Shown piece by piece: positions 53,901 through 64,000 of a stretch of DNA of 64,000 nucleotides. The stretch covers positions 10,478,001 through 10,542,000 of the forward strand of contig NC_092673.1 of assembly GCF_964355755.1 (NCBI RefSeq), written 5' to 3'. This DNA comes from Antedon mediterranea (Eukaryota > Animalia > Echinodermata). Numbering within the stretch: position 1 is the stretch's first letter; each line of letters starts with the position of its first letter. The notes beneath the pieces were generated by a model. That model was not told the origin of the DNA. It searched no databases and was given only the letters and a program-made list of their open reading frames with translations. A program made the position numbers and the translations under genes.

Positions 53901-56900
53901 CTAGAGACCTAGTTATTTACTACTAGTACTAGGCCCTAGGCCTGGGCCTAGTAAATATTACTTATTACTAAGCCTAGCTAGAGATAGGCTCTAGCCTAGG
54001 CCTATTCCTATGAGAATTTTAGTATGTAGTACTGTACTGTGTTTGGGATAGAAAAAACTTAATAGGGGTAATCAACCATTTGCCAGGTACACTCAAAATG
54101 TGTGCCGGCCCCCTTAATAGGCCTATATCCACTTGTTTATGGGAAAGGGTGTCCCAAAGAAGAGATCAAACATACACATTTTCAATAATATTTTACCATG
54201 TGTGGCATATAATTAATTATTTAAAATAACGATAGTGAGGCATTTGATGAATAGGCGTCACGCTTGCCATATGATTGTTTGTTGCCTACATTCCTTGTTG
54301 TTTTATCATGCTAATTACTTCCTCATTTACATACAACCTGTCCTATTGGTATATAAGTACTCTAAGCCTAGGCGTTGTTTTCTGTTCTGGTGGAAGATGA
54401 GAATAGTTTCTCAAAACATATCAATTTTTAGGCAGTTTGCCTATTCATATGCTTCACTATCATTATTTTAACTCAAAATTTCGGTGGAATCATTCTTGAT
54501 TTAATATCTAATTAATTATGTATGATAATAATTTAATCAAATTGCAAATTTTCTGATTACTATACAGAATCTGTTTGTCAAGTAACATCAACACACAGCA
54601 CTGCTTATCCAACTGAGCGTATGCTTTACTATTCTTCAAGTGAAGATGATGAAGTAGGCCTAATTGTACGTGGGAACGGTTCAATTCAATCAATCAATAA
54701 TGGATGTTCTGCTGTTGATGATACAGAAGGGTCACCTACTGGGATTTCGACTACCGAAGTTCCTCCAGCAGCAAAGAGAAAAGCATGGGAGGTTTCTACA
54801 ACAGATGTCGATACTTCTGATGATGACATACCTACAGAGTCAGCAGGTCAGTAACTTTAACAATACAATGACATGTTATGTAGTTATTTACTAGGTTAGA
54901 GTAGAGGCCGCCTCTAGGCCTATCCCTATGTTTTTATGGGCCCGATCTGGGAGGTAACAATATCGTATTCGATTGGGACATTTATCGTTGAGTATAGTTT
55001 TGTTTTTGTTGATTTACCTTTCCGTACTTATAACACAATTGTGTGCGTTGAGATTGTTCTTAACAAAGAAGTTTGCATTGTTAACGTTTTCTATTTCACT
55101 GGACCACCTCTAGTTACGTTCAGTATAACCCCTATTAAGGCTTCAGGAACAAAATAATGTCCCCTTGGCAGGGGTTTTTTACTGGAAAAAAAAAATTATT
55201 TTGATATGTAAAATAAATAATTGATCTGGAATCATAAAATTAAAAATTGAAATTAGCAGTCCCTTTTAAACAATAAATGTATCTAATTATTTCTATGATA
55301 ATAGTTTAAATTGCACATTTTCTGATTACAACATAGACTCTGTTTGTCTAGTAACAACTACCAAAGTTCCTCCAGCAGCAGAGAGAAAAGCATGGGAGGT
55401 TTCTACAACAGATGTCGATACTTCCGATGTCGATACTTCCGATGATGACATATCAGCAGGTCAGTAGCAATAACATTAACCATGAGCTTTTGCTAACCTT
55501 TCTTAGTAGGGCTCCTACCAACTTTATACAAAACTTCATCTAGGCTTGGGTAGGGAATTACCTTTTAAGCAGCCAGCCTAATAATACTACTACTACTACT
55601 ACTACTAGCCAGTAGATATTAGTATCCTCTATAGAGGCTAGTTTATTTATTTAGATTTACTTCCCTACTACACCTTTAAATCATTAGCATACTTAATAAT
55701 TACAAAGGTGCATTCTTCAGAAATAACAAAATACAACAAAAACCTCATTATTAATAACGATGAGAATAATGGTGAAAAAAAAGGATAAATGGTAATAACC
55801 TCCCATAAAGCCTATAGCTCCTCGATCAAAATATTATCTTCCACTATCCAAAATTTGAAAATGTCTGCTATCAATCACCAGTTACCCCAAATGAAGAATT
55901 ACTGTACATGTATGTTGCATAGGCTGCTATAAATATTAAACTACTATATTTTTATTTAGCCTGCAAGGAGGCCTAGAGACTGTAGAAACTAATTACCTTA
56001 ATTCATCTGGATCAAGTGATGATGAGATTAAAATCTCTAATCACACAAGTAAGCGTAGTGGTAAGTTTGATATGTCATTAATTTTTAAAACTACTTTTAT
56101 TAAATAGTGCTTGATGTTGATGGTTGTGCTGTACCTAAAAGATATGGAAATTGCTGGTTGTTTCCATTTGTGTCTGATTCTATGGTCAGGTTCTAATGTT
56201 ATGTCTGTATGGTATGTAAATAGGTACGACTGTCCAATGAACAAGGCACCTGCACAACCTGTAATTGAACACTCGAAAAGTGAAATTGAATTATCTGAAC
56301 CGAAAAAAAAATTGTTTGTCAAAGAATTAAAAGTATCTATATATTAATGCGAATTAGTCACCTAGTTTTACGTAACCTCCAAAACTTCTGAAACCGTATT
56401 GACTGATCACATTTTCTGCAATTGGTACCATATAATTGTTATTTTGTTTGTTTGTTTTTTTTGCCAATGGATAATGTAAGTTTATTCTTTCTGTAGAAAA
56501 AAGGAAAAGGAATCACCTACAGCCAATACACAACTTGTATTTGACCTGCTGTTGTGCATTAATGTGCATTGGTATGCTAAATTTTAGAGAAATAAAACAA
56601 ACAAGGAAAGCTTTTCAAGCAATGACCGAATATGAACAACGCTGTTGGATCCTTAAATATTTCAATGAACATCTCAGCACATCCGGAGGTGCCACCAAAA
56701 TCGGTCTACTAGTTGGTGCTAACAAAGTTTGTGCAAAAGCATGGATGTTAGTAAATGGTATTGGCCGGTCAACTTTTTACAAAATAAGGAAGCAAGCTAT
56801 TGGTAATTAATTGTTTAGTTTTACAGTACATTTTACATTATTTAATTTTACATGCTGTTAATATTACTTTTAATGTATGTGTTTTAATGTTGCTGAAACG

Positions 56901-59900
56901 GAAAGATTACTGTGACTGTGTGAAGATTACTTTCCATTATACTTATAGTCGTATTATACAGGGCCATAGCCAGGATCTGACGAGGAGTGGAGAATAACTT
57001 TTTTTTAAATGAATAGAATGCATTTGATTATTGTTTAATTATTTTTACACAATAAAATCAATATGCTTAACACTATGTTAGAAAGATAATGCAAAATGAT
57101 CATAAGTCATTAATCAATGGATTAAACCAAACAATAATAAAATAGTACAGTATTTGAAATTCCTAATATTTGAAATTTACATTTTATTTCTTTTCAGAAG
57201 GATGCTGTTATCTTTTACCACCCAACTTCACCAGAAAGATGGTATATAGCAATTCAACTCAACAGTGTCGGGCTTGGTTTATTAAATTTTGTAATGAATA
57301 CGGTGATCAAATGCCAACTAATGGACAAATCCATCTACCATCAACGCTTACCAAACATGATGTGTACATGCATATGAAAGATGAGTTTGAGCTAAGAAAT
57401 GAAGATGTGTGTGCATTAGCGACATTCTACAAGTTTTGGTGTGTTGAATTCAAGCATATTGTAATACCCGAGGTATGTTTACGTTTTTACACTTATTATC
57501 GTTTGTACCAACAAATACCATTCACTTCAATGGACAAAATCCATGTCATCTTCATTGACTGAAGTATTTTTTAACGTATTTTTATAAATTCACTTCAATG
57601 TTATGCAGAAAGTCCTGTAGGTTCAATTTTCATTCATAATAAAATACTGGAAAAACATACTGTACAATCCAGATGCATGTATGATGGGCCTCACAACTCC
57701 TTCCATACATTCACTATATTGAATGCAAAATTTGTTTAATTTTATATTTTTACGTGCTGTATTTTTTCAATTTTTTTTAATAGGAAAATCGTTTTGCAAA
57801 ATGCAGCAAATGCACCAGAATTAAATTTGAGCTGCACAAGACAAATCAAAAGCAAAAACGGCAAATACTAATGATGAAGAGAGAGAAACATTTACGAAAA
57901 CAAAAGTAAGTATGCCTACCTATTTTGTGTACAAAACCAGTAGGTTAAACCTTTCAACAAGAAATTCTGTTGAACTTGTATACCCGGTATTACCATAGAT
58001 AGGAAAAATAATTATTGCTTCCACTGTATACCTCCTCTATAGTATTATTAGTGTTTTTAAAAATAATTCTAACTTAATAAAATTAAGAGTGATTGAAATA
58101 AAACAGAAAATAACTGGGGAAAAATGGTAGAAAATGAAAATAATTATTGTGTATGAACAATGAATGAATAAAAGTGGTTGTAAACAAAAAAAGAGAAAAG
58201 ATAAACAAAATCATTATTATACAAAAAACCTTTACATTTAATCAATAATTGTAATAGATTAGAAGTAAAGCATTGTCTCATCTTGTCATCGGCTAATAGA
58301 TAACATATAACTAAACAAAACAAAAATTTATTATTAAATGCAAAATAAAACTATAAACATATGATTTGAATTTTTCAGTATTGAACGTCAAAAGTACTAT
58401 AAACATATGCAGAAAGCAAGACAGAATCCCACCAAGTATTTGTCAATAATTATCGATGGAATGGACCAAAGCAAGACTGATTTACCATCTTTTGCTTGCG
58501 AATCAAAAGAAACGTCGAAGATGTGGAAACTAGCCACACATGTAACTGGTGTTCTGGTACATGGGCGACATGGGCACTGCTTCATTGACCTAAAGCAGTT
58601 TCCACATGACTCAAACCTAACCTGCAACATTATACTGAAGGTGCTGTCAGAGATACAACCTCTACCACCAGTCTTATATCTGCAGTTGGACAATAGCGGA
58701 AAGGATAATAAAAACAGATTTGTTTTTGCCCTATGTGCTCTTCTTGTAGAGTTAAAGATTTTTCGAAAGGTAAATGACTATAAATTTATAAATGATATAT
58801 AAATAATAAAACAGTATACACAGTGCACTTTAAAGAACCCAGTTCATCATTCATTTACCCTGTTCTTGTTCACCACAAAATATCCCCTGTGTTGGGTGAT
58901 TTCCACCTGCCTAATAGGACAGTAAATAATTTACTATTGGTAATTATCTAAAGACATAAAATATTCAATAACATTCTAGTCTAACTAGATGAGGAAAAAA
59001 TGGAAATATACTAAAAATGTATTTTTTTTATGTTGCTTTGAAAAGTTTTAATTTTAAATCATTACTTCTTTTACTCTTTCAGATAAAGATTGGGTTTTTA
59101 ATGGTGGGTCACACTCACGAGGATATTGACCAATTATTTTCATGTGTGGCCAAATACCTGAACAAATATAGAGCATCTACACTTGATCATCTTCGAAGTG
59201 CTGTTGAAAACTCGTACAAAAAGTTGCCGATTACATCAAGTATCATTTCCTATCTGCATGACATTAAGAACTGGTTAGTACCATACATGCAAGACATACG
59301 TTACCACAGCAAACCACACCAGTTTAAGTTTGTTTTGGCTCAAACCGGAAAATGCATCATGTCCTATAAGAACTGGTCAACGGATTGTACTTGGTGTGAA
59401 TGTGCAAGAGAAATGGACACACTTCCATATTTGCTCAAGGAAAGCCCTGCTGATATACCAGTGTTGTGTACTCCTGATTTTAGTAATGCAGATATACCAA
59501 AGTTAAAAAAAAGTCTGGCGTCTGTTGCAAATTTTTTGCGAATAGAAGAACGTGACTGGTGGGAGGAATTTTTAAATAATATAGAAGACATCACAGAAGG
59601 TATGTACTGTACTACATTGCATGTGTGTTGTTTCACCATTTTACACATATATTTTTTGGTTAACAAGAGAATTTTGATTTTAGTATAGATTCAGCAGCTA
59701 TAACAAAATTCAAAATACTCCACACAACTATGTTGGGTCACATTCACCAATGCATGCTTCCACTGATCATTTTATGTGAGAACCTAAAATTATCAAATAA
59801 CATGAACGATATCTAGTGGAGTACACTGGAGAAACATGCCTCCTGATTAATTCATAAGATAAAATCAATCAATCAGCATCTGATTAGCATGGTGCGCAAT

Positions 59901-60651
59901 GTATTGGCCCAGCTTTTATGCAACAAACACCTCGGCATAAATATATCATGAATGTATATTATTTACTTTTTAAAACTAATACGTACTCTTTTTTTTTAAG
60001 GAAATGAACAGCGATTTTTGCTCCATGACATCATTTTTAATGACAACAATGCAAGCCCTATCAGGGAGGAATCTGATGGAAACGAGACAGACATTAGTGA
60101 CTCAGATAATGAAAATGAAATAAGACCGGTATGATAAAGATATTATAGATTTTCAAAATTACATCTTTGAAACATGTAATGCAACTTAGTTTAAAGCAGT
60201 GCTTATATTTGGAATATGATCTCATAATCGCATCAAGCAAATGCATCAACGAAAATTCTATATTTTTAGGGTTGTAAGAAAAATGATTATGACTTTTCTA
60301 TGCTTTCTCCCACACTACAAGGTACACATTGGTAAATTTTCGAAGCGTAAGCCACCACAGCAACTCGATGTTGGTGCTATGGTAGCAACAGCTTTAAGGA
60401 GATATCCCACAGAATGGCCTCAGATAGGCAAAATATTCAGCATAAATAACAATGAGGTAGAAGTAGTGTGGTACACTGGAACGTATACTTCCCGGTTTGT
60501 TCTGTGTGAAAAAGATGGACAAGAATGGCGAGAAATAATATCGAAGGAGGAGGTGATAAGTATATTTAATTTAACACCAACTAGTAGATTGCCTACCAAT
60601 GTTATTGTTAAATTAAAAGAATTAAGAGATGACTTTTTAAATGAAAGTTAA
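47985..60651 (+). CDS. Multi-exon DDD (RNase H-fold) transposase with Sola1-like motifs, acidic repetitive N-terminus and a C-terminal Tudor/SH3-like barrel; 5' part interrupted by an LTR element
   Basis: Open, phase-compatible core exons at 56497-56802, 57198-57472, 57784-57905, 58379-58769, 59083-59599, 60001-60128 and 60322-60651. Motifs: FAKCSKC..H, SIIIDGMDQ, LYLQLDNSGKDNKN, FLMVGHTHEDIDQLFS. The upstream acidic exons (47985-~48242, 54568-54846, 55337-55459, ~55968-56060) are less certain, and exon 1 reaches a TAG just before its apparent donor. Confidence 0.8.
48247..48544 (+). repeat. 5' LTR
   Basis: TGTTGTGA...TCACAACA; contains a strong splice donor AAG|GTAAG at 48487/48488. Confidence 0.96.
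48546..48559 (+). promoter_or_regulatory. Primer-binding site, likely tRNA-Ser
   Basis: TGGCGCTGCGAGCA lies 1 nt after the LTR and resembles the complement of a tRNA-Ser 3' end. Confidence 0.7.
49772..50785 (+). CDS. gag: Truncated Gag with N-terminal ComEA-like helix-hairpin-helix domain
   Basis: N-terminus VAINFWTEPDL..LLGKRARKITDWRSKFGNI..DLEYLTGI. Capsid-like segment TFNGWDDDWYLFKKRF...ALFWCMEGPAAKF...VLSVRFG. Homology is inferred to end at ~50724, where the inverted repeat begins. Confidence 0.75.
   Translation: MPHVAINFWTEPDLVHLLGKRARKITDWRSKFGNIRACDLEYLTGIKCLSSKTTRWDFTPNPQLVSSWVQNTSTPQLFHAAQVPFGTYSGDLPGGSFSWRHTSTNQPSSDHREKTDSGCRNTHYRYATKAECQPISELLALDSSLNVRGHHCTKGSKTSKTRSVSKLCRLLTEDCFSDSSSSSSLMDSSSSNDESCTSDEDSDQDRAYGKYSTSVQSKRRHSHRHSQRSQKLLRQKDIPTSLTFNGWDDDWYLFKKRFRSFAKAQNLTTGDSKNALFWCMEGPAAKFLTNLLRMEPTLDFKEMMDVLSVRFGDGERFLKQELITSLSWWGQPCISTS
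50725..51323. repeat. 253-bp apparently perfect inverted repeat (50725-50977 / 51071-51323) with 93-bp spacer
   Basis: The arms read as exact reverse complements, and the ORF track gives the same peptide on opposite strands. Confidence 0.95.
51324..51588 (+). pseudogene. Residual integrase C-terminus carrying a PHD finger
   Basis: KTVVLNHDKL resembles the end of the GPY/F module. It is followed by [28 protein letters not shown]...YRCADC, a complete C4HC3 pattern. Confidence 0.85.
51622..53304 (+). CDS. 560-aa accessory ORF with C-terminal TatD-like (amidohydrolase TIM-barrel) domain, metal ligands substituted
   Basis: VFDACFHLD, GLGVAP, IGRVGLDHS and RLLMGSNGPDYPP align by eye to TatD DxHxH, GxHP, GExGLD and ETDxP. 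A polypyrimidine-CAG acceptor lies at 51619. Confidence 0.85.
   Translation: MDQLPFADGSDTEISEMEEDVFLASPGVQEELTVAGNTGGACPAASTPAKGKPICHLMTPKEEAAAGDTRGACPVVSTPAERKLKCHLGCGPVSNIRVHVTKTHAPACFRPLERSSWRRARVQWRALTSLAAEGLGKGRTPEDLRCLLNAQHLMGDGTDVLPPDRKTRSAIFMLTRVIGGKRPPPLTIAPVISHPSALIHWRCVIALIASFGEELVKECGRRAEEEEPAVDQIVKKSTKRRAAEGEHGERPTKRDAPAPKDGRSVAAPPIVRGTSASLGSAPKVFDACFHLDRLQRDLQLSRRADLWDVERAVRVRSRTQPVEVVGGIALFGDPTTYPTEREIGGLARNGCAVGLGVAPGYSPTTVQFDRLLALARTRDVRVIGRVGLDHSAPPTDWPRQDLLLKRVLGRCLDGRHHRILCLEVSGVQGDVTGEECHYRVLDILRLSRVSKEQRLLLADYASTEAVATAYLRHFPRTYLISVTSRVTGFTADQRKGLRFIATNEDRRLLMGSNGPDYPPAGYPVGAPHLLWATAVAVGQVLDRSPGQVTDLTWKNGRDLL
53591..53888 (+). repeat. 3' LTR preceded by polypurine tract GGGAGGAG
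   Basis: Direct copy of 48247-48544. Confidence 0.96.
58813..58962 (+). mobile_element. Degenerate copy of the SINE at 16044-16314, in a transposase intron
   Basis: Shares TTTAAAGAACCCAGTTCAT, ATAGGACAGT and CTAAAGACATAAAATA. Confidence 0.7.
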
Positions 60652-60764
60652 TGCAGGGAGCTTTACAACTCACTGGTTGTCACAATAGGGTGCACATTAA
60701 TGGAATTTTACATGTATAATGAATCTAAAAAAATTATTTAATTTTCAACCAATTTCATAATTGT

Positions 60765-61204
60765 ATATAACAGTAGCTCAACCATATAATGTAGTCAAGT
60801 TTATGACCATGTAGTTTATATAACAATAGCTCAACCATATACTGTAGTCATAAAGCTTATGACCATGTAGTTTATATAACAATAGCTCAACCATATACTG
60901 TAGTCATAAAGTTTATGACCATGTACTTTTTATAACAATAGCTCAACCATATACTGTAGTCATAAAGTTTATGACCATGTAGTTTATATAACAATAGCTC
61001 AATCATATACTGTAGTCATAAAGTTTATGACCATGTAGTTTATATAACAATAGCTCAACCATTATTATACTGTAGTCATAAAGTTTATGACCATGTAGTT
61101 TTTATAACAATAGCTCAACCATATACTGTAGTCAAGTTTATGACCATGTAGTTTTTATAACAATAGCTCAACCATATACTGTAGTCATAATGTTTATGAC
61201 CATG
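60765..61204. repeat. Right subterminal tandem repeat: ~8 units of ~56 bp, each with a GTCATAAnnnTTATGAC palindrome (2 internally deleted)
   Basis: Full palindromes start at 60847, 60903, 60959, 61015, 61075 and 61184. Confidence 0.95.
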
Positions 61205-61785
61205 CAGATGAACTTTATAGTAAAGTTGTATTAAAACAATGAATGATTAAAAATTAAAAATATTCTGCAGTTATTAAAATTTGTTTTCTTTGCTTTGTGT
61301 GTACTTCGCGAAAAAAAATGGACATTATAAAGATTTTTTTGGCCCATACCATTTATTTTTTTTATTAAATAAAGCAGTTTCTGCACATTAAACCTAGTTT
61401 AAATAAGAAGCTAATAATCCGAACAAAACTCATTGTGTAATGTCTATTGATGTTTTGGAAAACGGACAGTATATTTTAACCTAAAAAAGCTAGTATGTTT
61501 TTTTCTATAATTATGAAAATGATAGCGAATTATAAATTTATAGAATAACCAAGGATTTGCATATTGTCGATCTATTTTATTGATCTTTTTCTATCTCTAA
61601 AATATTCACCATTATAGACATTATGGCTGACATTATCAAACTGTATGCTTTCTCAATAATTAAACAAATCTTACAACCACATCTGTTTTTTCAAATAATA
61701 TTTTTAATTCTAATGATAGCTTTTTTTTAGGAAAATTCTATAAATAATACGGATTGTAGAAATCCGTTATGGCACAAAATCGTGT

Positions 61786-64000
61786 TCTCTCTCTCTCGCT
61801 GGTCTATCTCTCTCTCGCTGATCTATCTCTCTCTCGCTGATCTATCTCTCACTCGCTGATCTATCTCTCTCTCGCTGATCTATCTCTCTCCCTCTCGCTG
61901 ATCTATCTCTCTCTGTCGCTGATCTATCTCTCTCTGTCGCTGATCTATCTCTCTCTGTCGCTGATCTATCTCTCTCTGTCGCTGATCTATCTCCCTCTGT
62001 CGCTGATCTATCTCTCTCTGTCGCTGATCTATCTCTCTCTGTCGCTGATCTATCTCTCTATCTCTCTCTCGTTGATCTATCTCTCTCGCTGATCTATCTC
62101 TCTCTCGCTGATCTATCTCTCTCTCGCTGATCTATTTCCCTCTCGCTGATCTATTTCTCTCTCGCTGATCTATCTCACTCTCGCTGATCTATCTCACTCT
62201 CGCTGATCTATCTCTCTCTCTCGCTGATCTATCTCTCTCTCTCGCTGATCTATCTCTCTCTCGCTGATCTATCTCTCACTCGCTGATCTATCTCTCTCTC
62301 GCTGATCTATCTCTCTCTAGCTGATCTATCTCTCTCTCGCTGATCTATCTCTCTCTCGCTGATCTATCTCTCTCGCAGATATATCTCTCTCTCACTGATC
62401 TATCTCTCTCTCGCTGATCTACCTCTCTCTCGCTGATCTATCTCTCTCTCGCTGATCTATCTCTCTCTCGCTGATCTATCTCTCTCTCGCTGATCTAACT
62501 CTCTCGCTGATCTATCTCTCTCTCGCTGATCTATCTCTTTCTCGCTGATCTATCTCTCTCTCGCTGATCTATCTCTCTCTCGCTGATCTATCTCTCTCTC
62601 GCTGATCTATCTCTCACTCGCTGATCTATCTCTCACTCTCTGATCTATCTCTCTCTCGCTGATCTATTTCTCTCTCGCTGATCTATCTCTCTCGTTGATC
62701 TGTCTCTCTCTCACTGATCTATCTCTCTCTCTCGCTGATCTATCTCGCTCGCTGATCTATCTCTCTCTCGCTGATCTATCTCTCTCTCGCTGATCTATCT
62801 CTCTCTCTCGCTGATCTATCTCTCTCTCGCTGATCTATCTCTCTCTCGCTGATCTATCTCTCTCTCGCTGATCTATCTCTCTCTCGCCGATCTATTTCTC
62901 TCTCGCTGATCTATCTCTCTCTCGCTGATCTATATCTCTCTCGCTGATCTATCTCTCTCTCGCTGATCTTTCTCTCTCTCTGGCTGATCTATCTCTCTCT
63001 CTCGCTGATCTATCTCTCTCGCTGATCTATCTCTCTCTCGCTGATCTATCTCTCTCTCTCGCTGATCTATCTCTCTCGCTGATCTATCTTTCTCTCGCTG
63101 ATCTATCTCTCTCTCTCTCGCGCTGATCTATCTCTCTCTCGCTGATCTATCTCTCTCTCGCTGATCTATCTCTCTCTCGCTGATCTATCTCCCTCGCTGT
63201 TCTATCTCTCTCTAGTTGATCTATCTCTCTCTCGCTGATCTATCTCTCTCTCACTGATCTATCTCTCTCTCGCTGATCTATCTCTCTCTCGCTGATCTAT
63301 CTCTCTCTCGCTGATCTTTCTCTCTCTCTTGCTGATCTATCACTCTCTCTCTCTCGCTGATCTATCTCTCTCTCGCGCTGATCTATCTCTCTCTCTCTCT
63401 CGCTGATCTATCTCTATCTCTCACTGATGTATCTCTCTCTCTCGCTGATCTATCTCTCTCTCTCGCTGATCTATCTCTAGCTCTCTGTCGCTGATCTATC
63501 TCTAGCTCTCTCTCGCTGATCTATCTCTCTCGGTCGCTGATCTATCTCTCTCTGTCGCTGATCTATCTCTCTCTGTCGCTGATCTATCTCTCTCTGTCGC
63601 TGATCTATCTCCCTCTGTCGCTGATCTATCTCTCTCTGTCGCTGATCTATCTCTCTCTGTCGCTGATCTATCTCTCTATCTCTCCATCGCTGATCTATCT
63701 CTCTCGCTGATCTATCTCTCTCGCTGATCTATCTCTCTCTCGCTGACCTATCTCTCTCTCGCTGATCTAGCTCCCTCTCGCTGATCTATTTCTCTCTCGC
63801 TGATCTATCTCTCTCTCGCTGATCTATCTCTCTCGCTGATCTATCTCTCTCTCGCTGATCTATCTCTCTCTCTCGCTGATCTATCTCTCTCTCGCTGATC
63901 TATCTCTCACTCGCTGATCTATCTCTCTCTCGCTGATCTATCTCTCTCTCTCTCTCGCTGATCTATCTCTCTCTCGCTGATCTATCTCTCTCTGTCGCTG
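61786..64000. repeat. 19-bp satellite array (continued to window end)
   Basis: Same monomer, orientation and variants as the left arrays. Confidence 0.98.

Larger units (their letters stand above)
22586..61784 (+). mobile_element. Giant (~39 kb including nested insertions) DNA transposon inserted in the satellite
   Basis: Short imperfect TIR: CACGTTTTT on the left and CACGATTTT as the reverse complement of the right end. The palindrome GTCATAAnnnTTATGAC is arrayed near both ends, and the element encodes a DDD transposase. Both junctions fall in the (CT)n tract, so the TSD cannot be resolved. Confidence 0.75.

Noticed and set aside
59104-59130. GHTH read as an HUH endonuclease motif (rolling-circle transposase)
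   Set aside because: The surrounding DGMDQ and DNxxxxNKN motifs fit an RNase H-fold DDD enzyme, and no helicase or catalytic Tyr motif is evident.
60765-61204. CRISPR-like array of palindromic repeats
   Set aside because: The intervening sequences are near-identical rather than unique spacers, there are no cas genes, and the context is eukaryotic.

Overview
This is AT-rich eukaryotic, most likely invertebrate animal, DNA with spliceosomal introns and no recognisable host gene. The backbone is a 19-bp satellite (CTCTCTCTCGCTGATCTAT)n with higher-order structure. Three insertions interrupt it: a 5'-truncated SINE (16044-16314), a 2.1-kb non-coding CAC...GTG element (16403-18548) and a ~39-kb CAC...GTG element (22586-61784). 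The large element appears to be a single giant DNA transposon, with arrays of the same 17-bp palindrome GTCATAAnnnTTATGAC near both ends and two divergent multi-exon genes. The plus-strand gene encodes a Sola1-like DDD transposase. The minus-strand gene encodes a ParB/sulfiredoxin-like domain fused to a degenerate beta-class DNA methyltransferase fold. Many elements are nested inside it: two GG-ended 8-bp-TSD elements, an Academ-like foldback, Helitron 3' ends, and LINE RT, Merlin, EnSpm and Penelope-like remnants. It also contains a young pol-less Ty3/Gypsy LTR element carrying an HhH-gag ORF, a 253-bp inverted repeat, a PHD finger and an intact but catalytically substituted TatD ORF. Gene models were spliced and translated by hand, and family assignments rest on motif recognition, not database searches.
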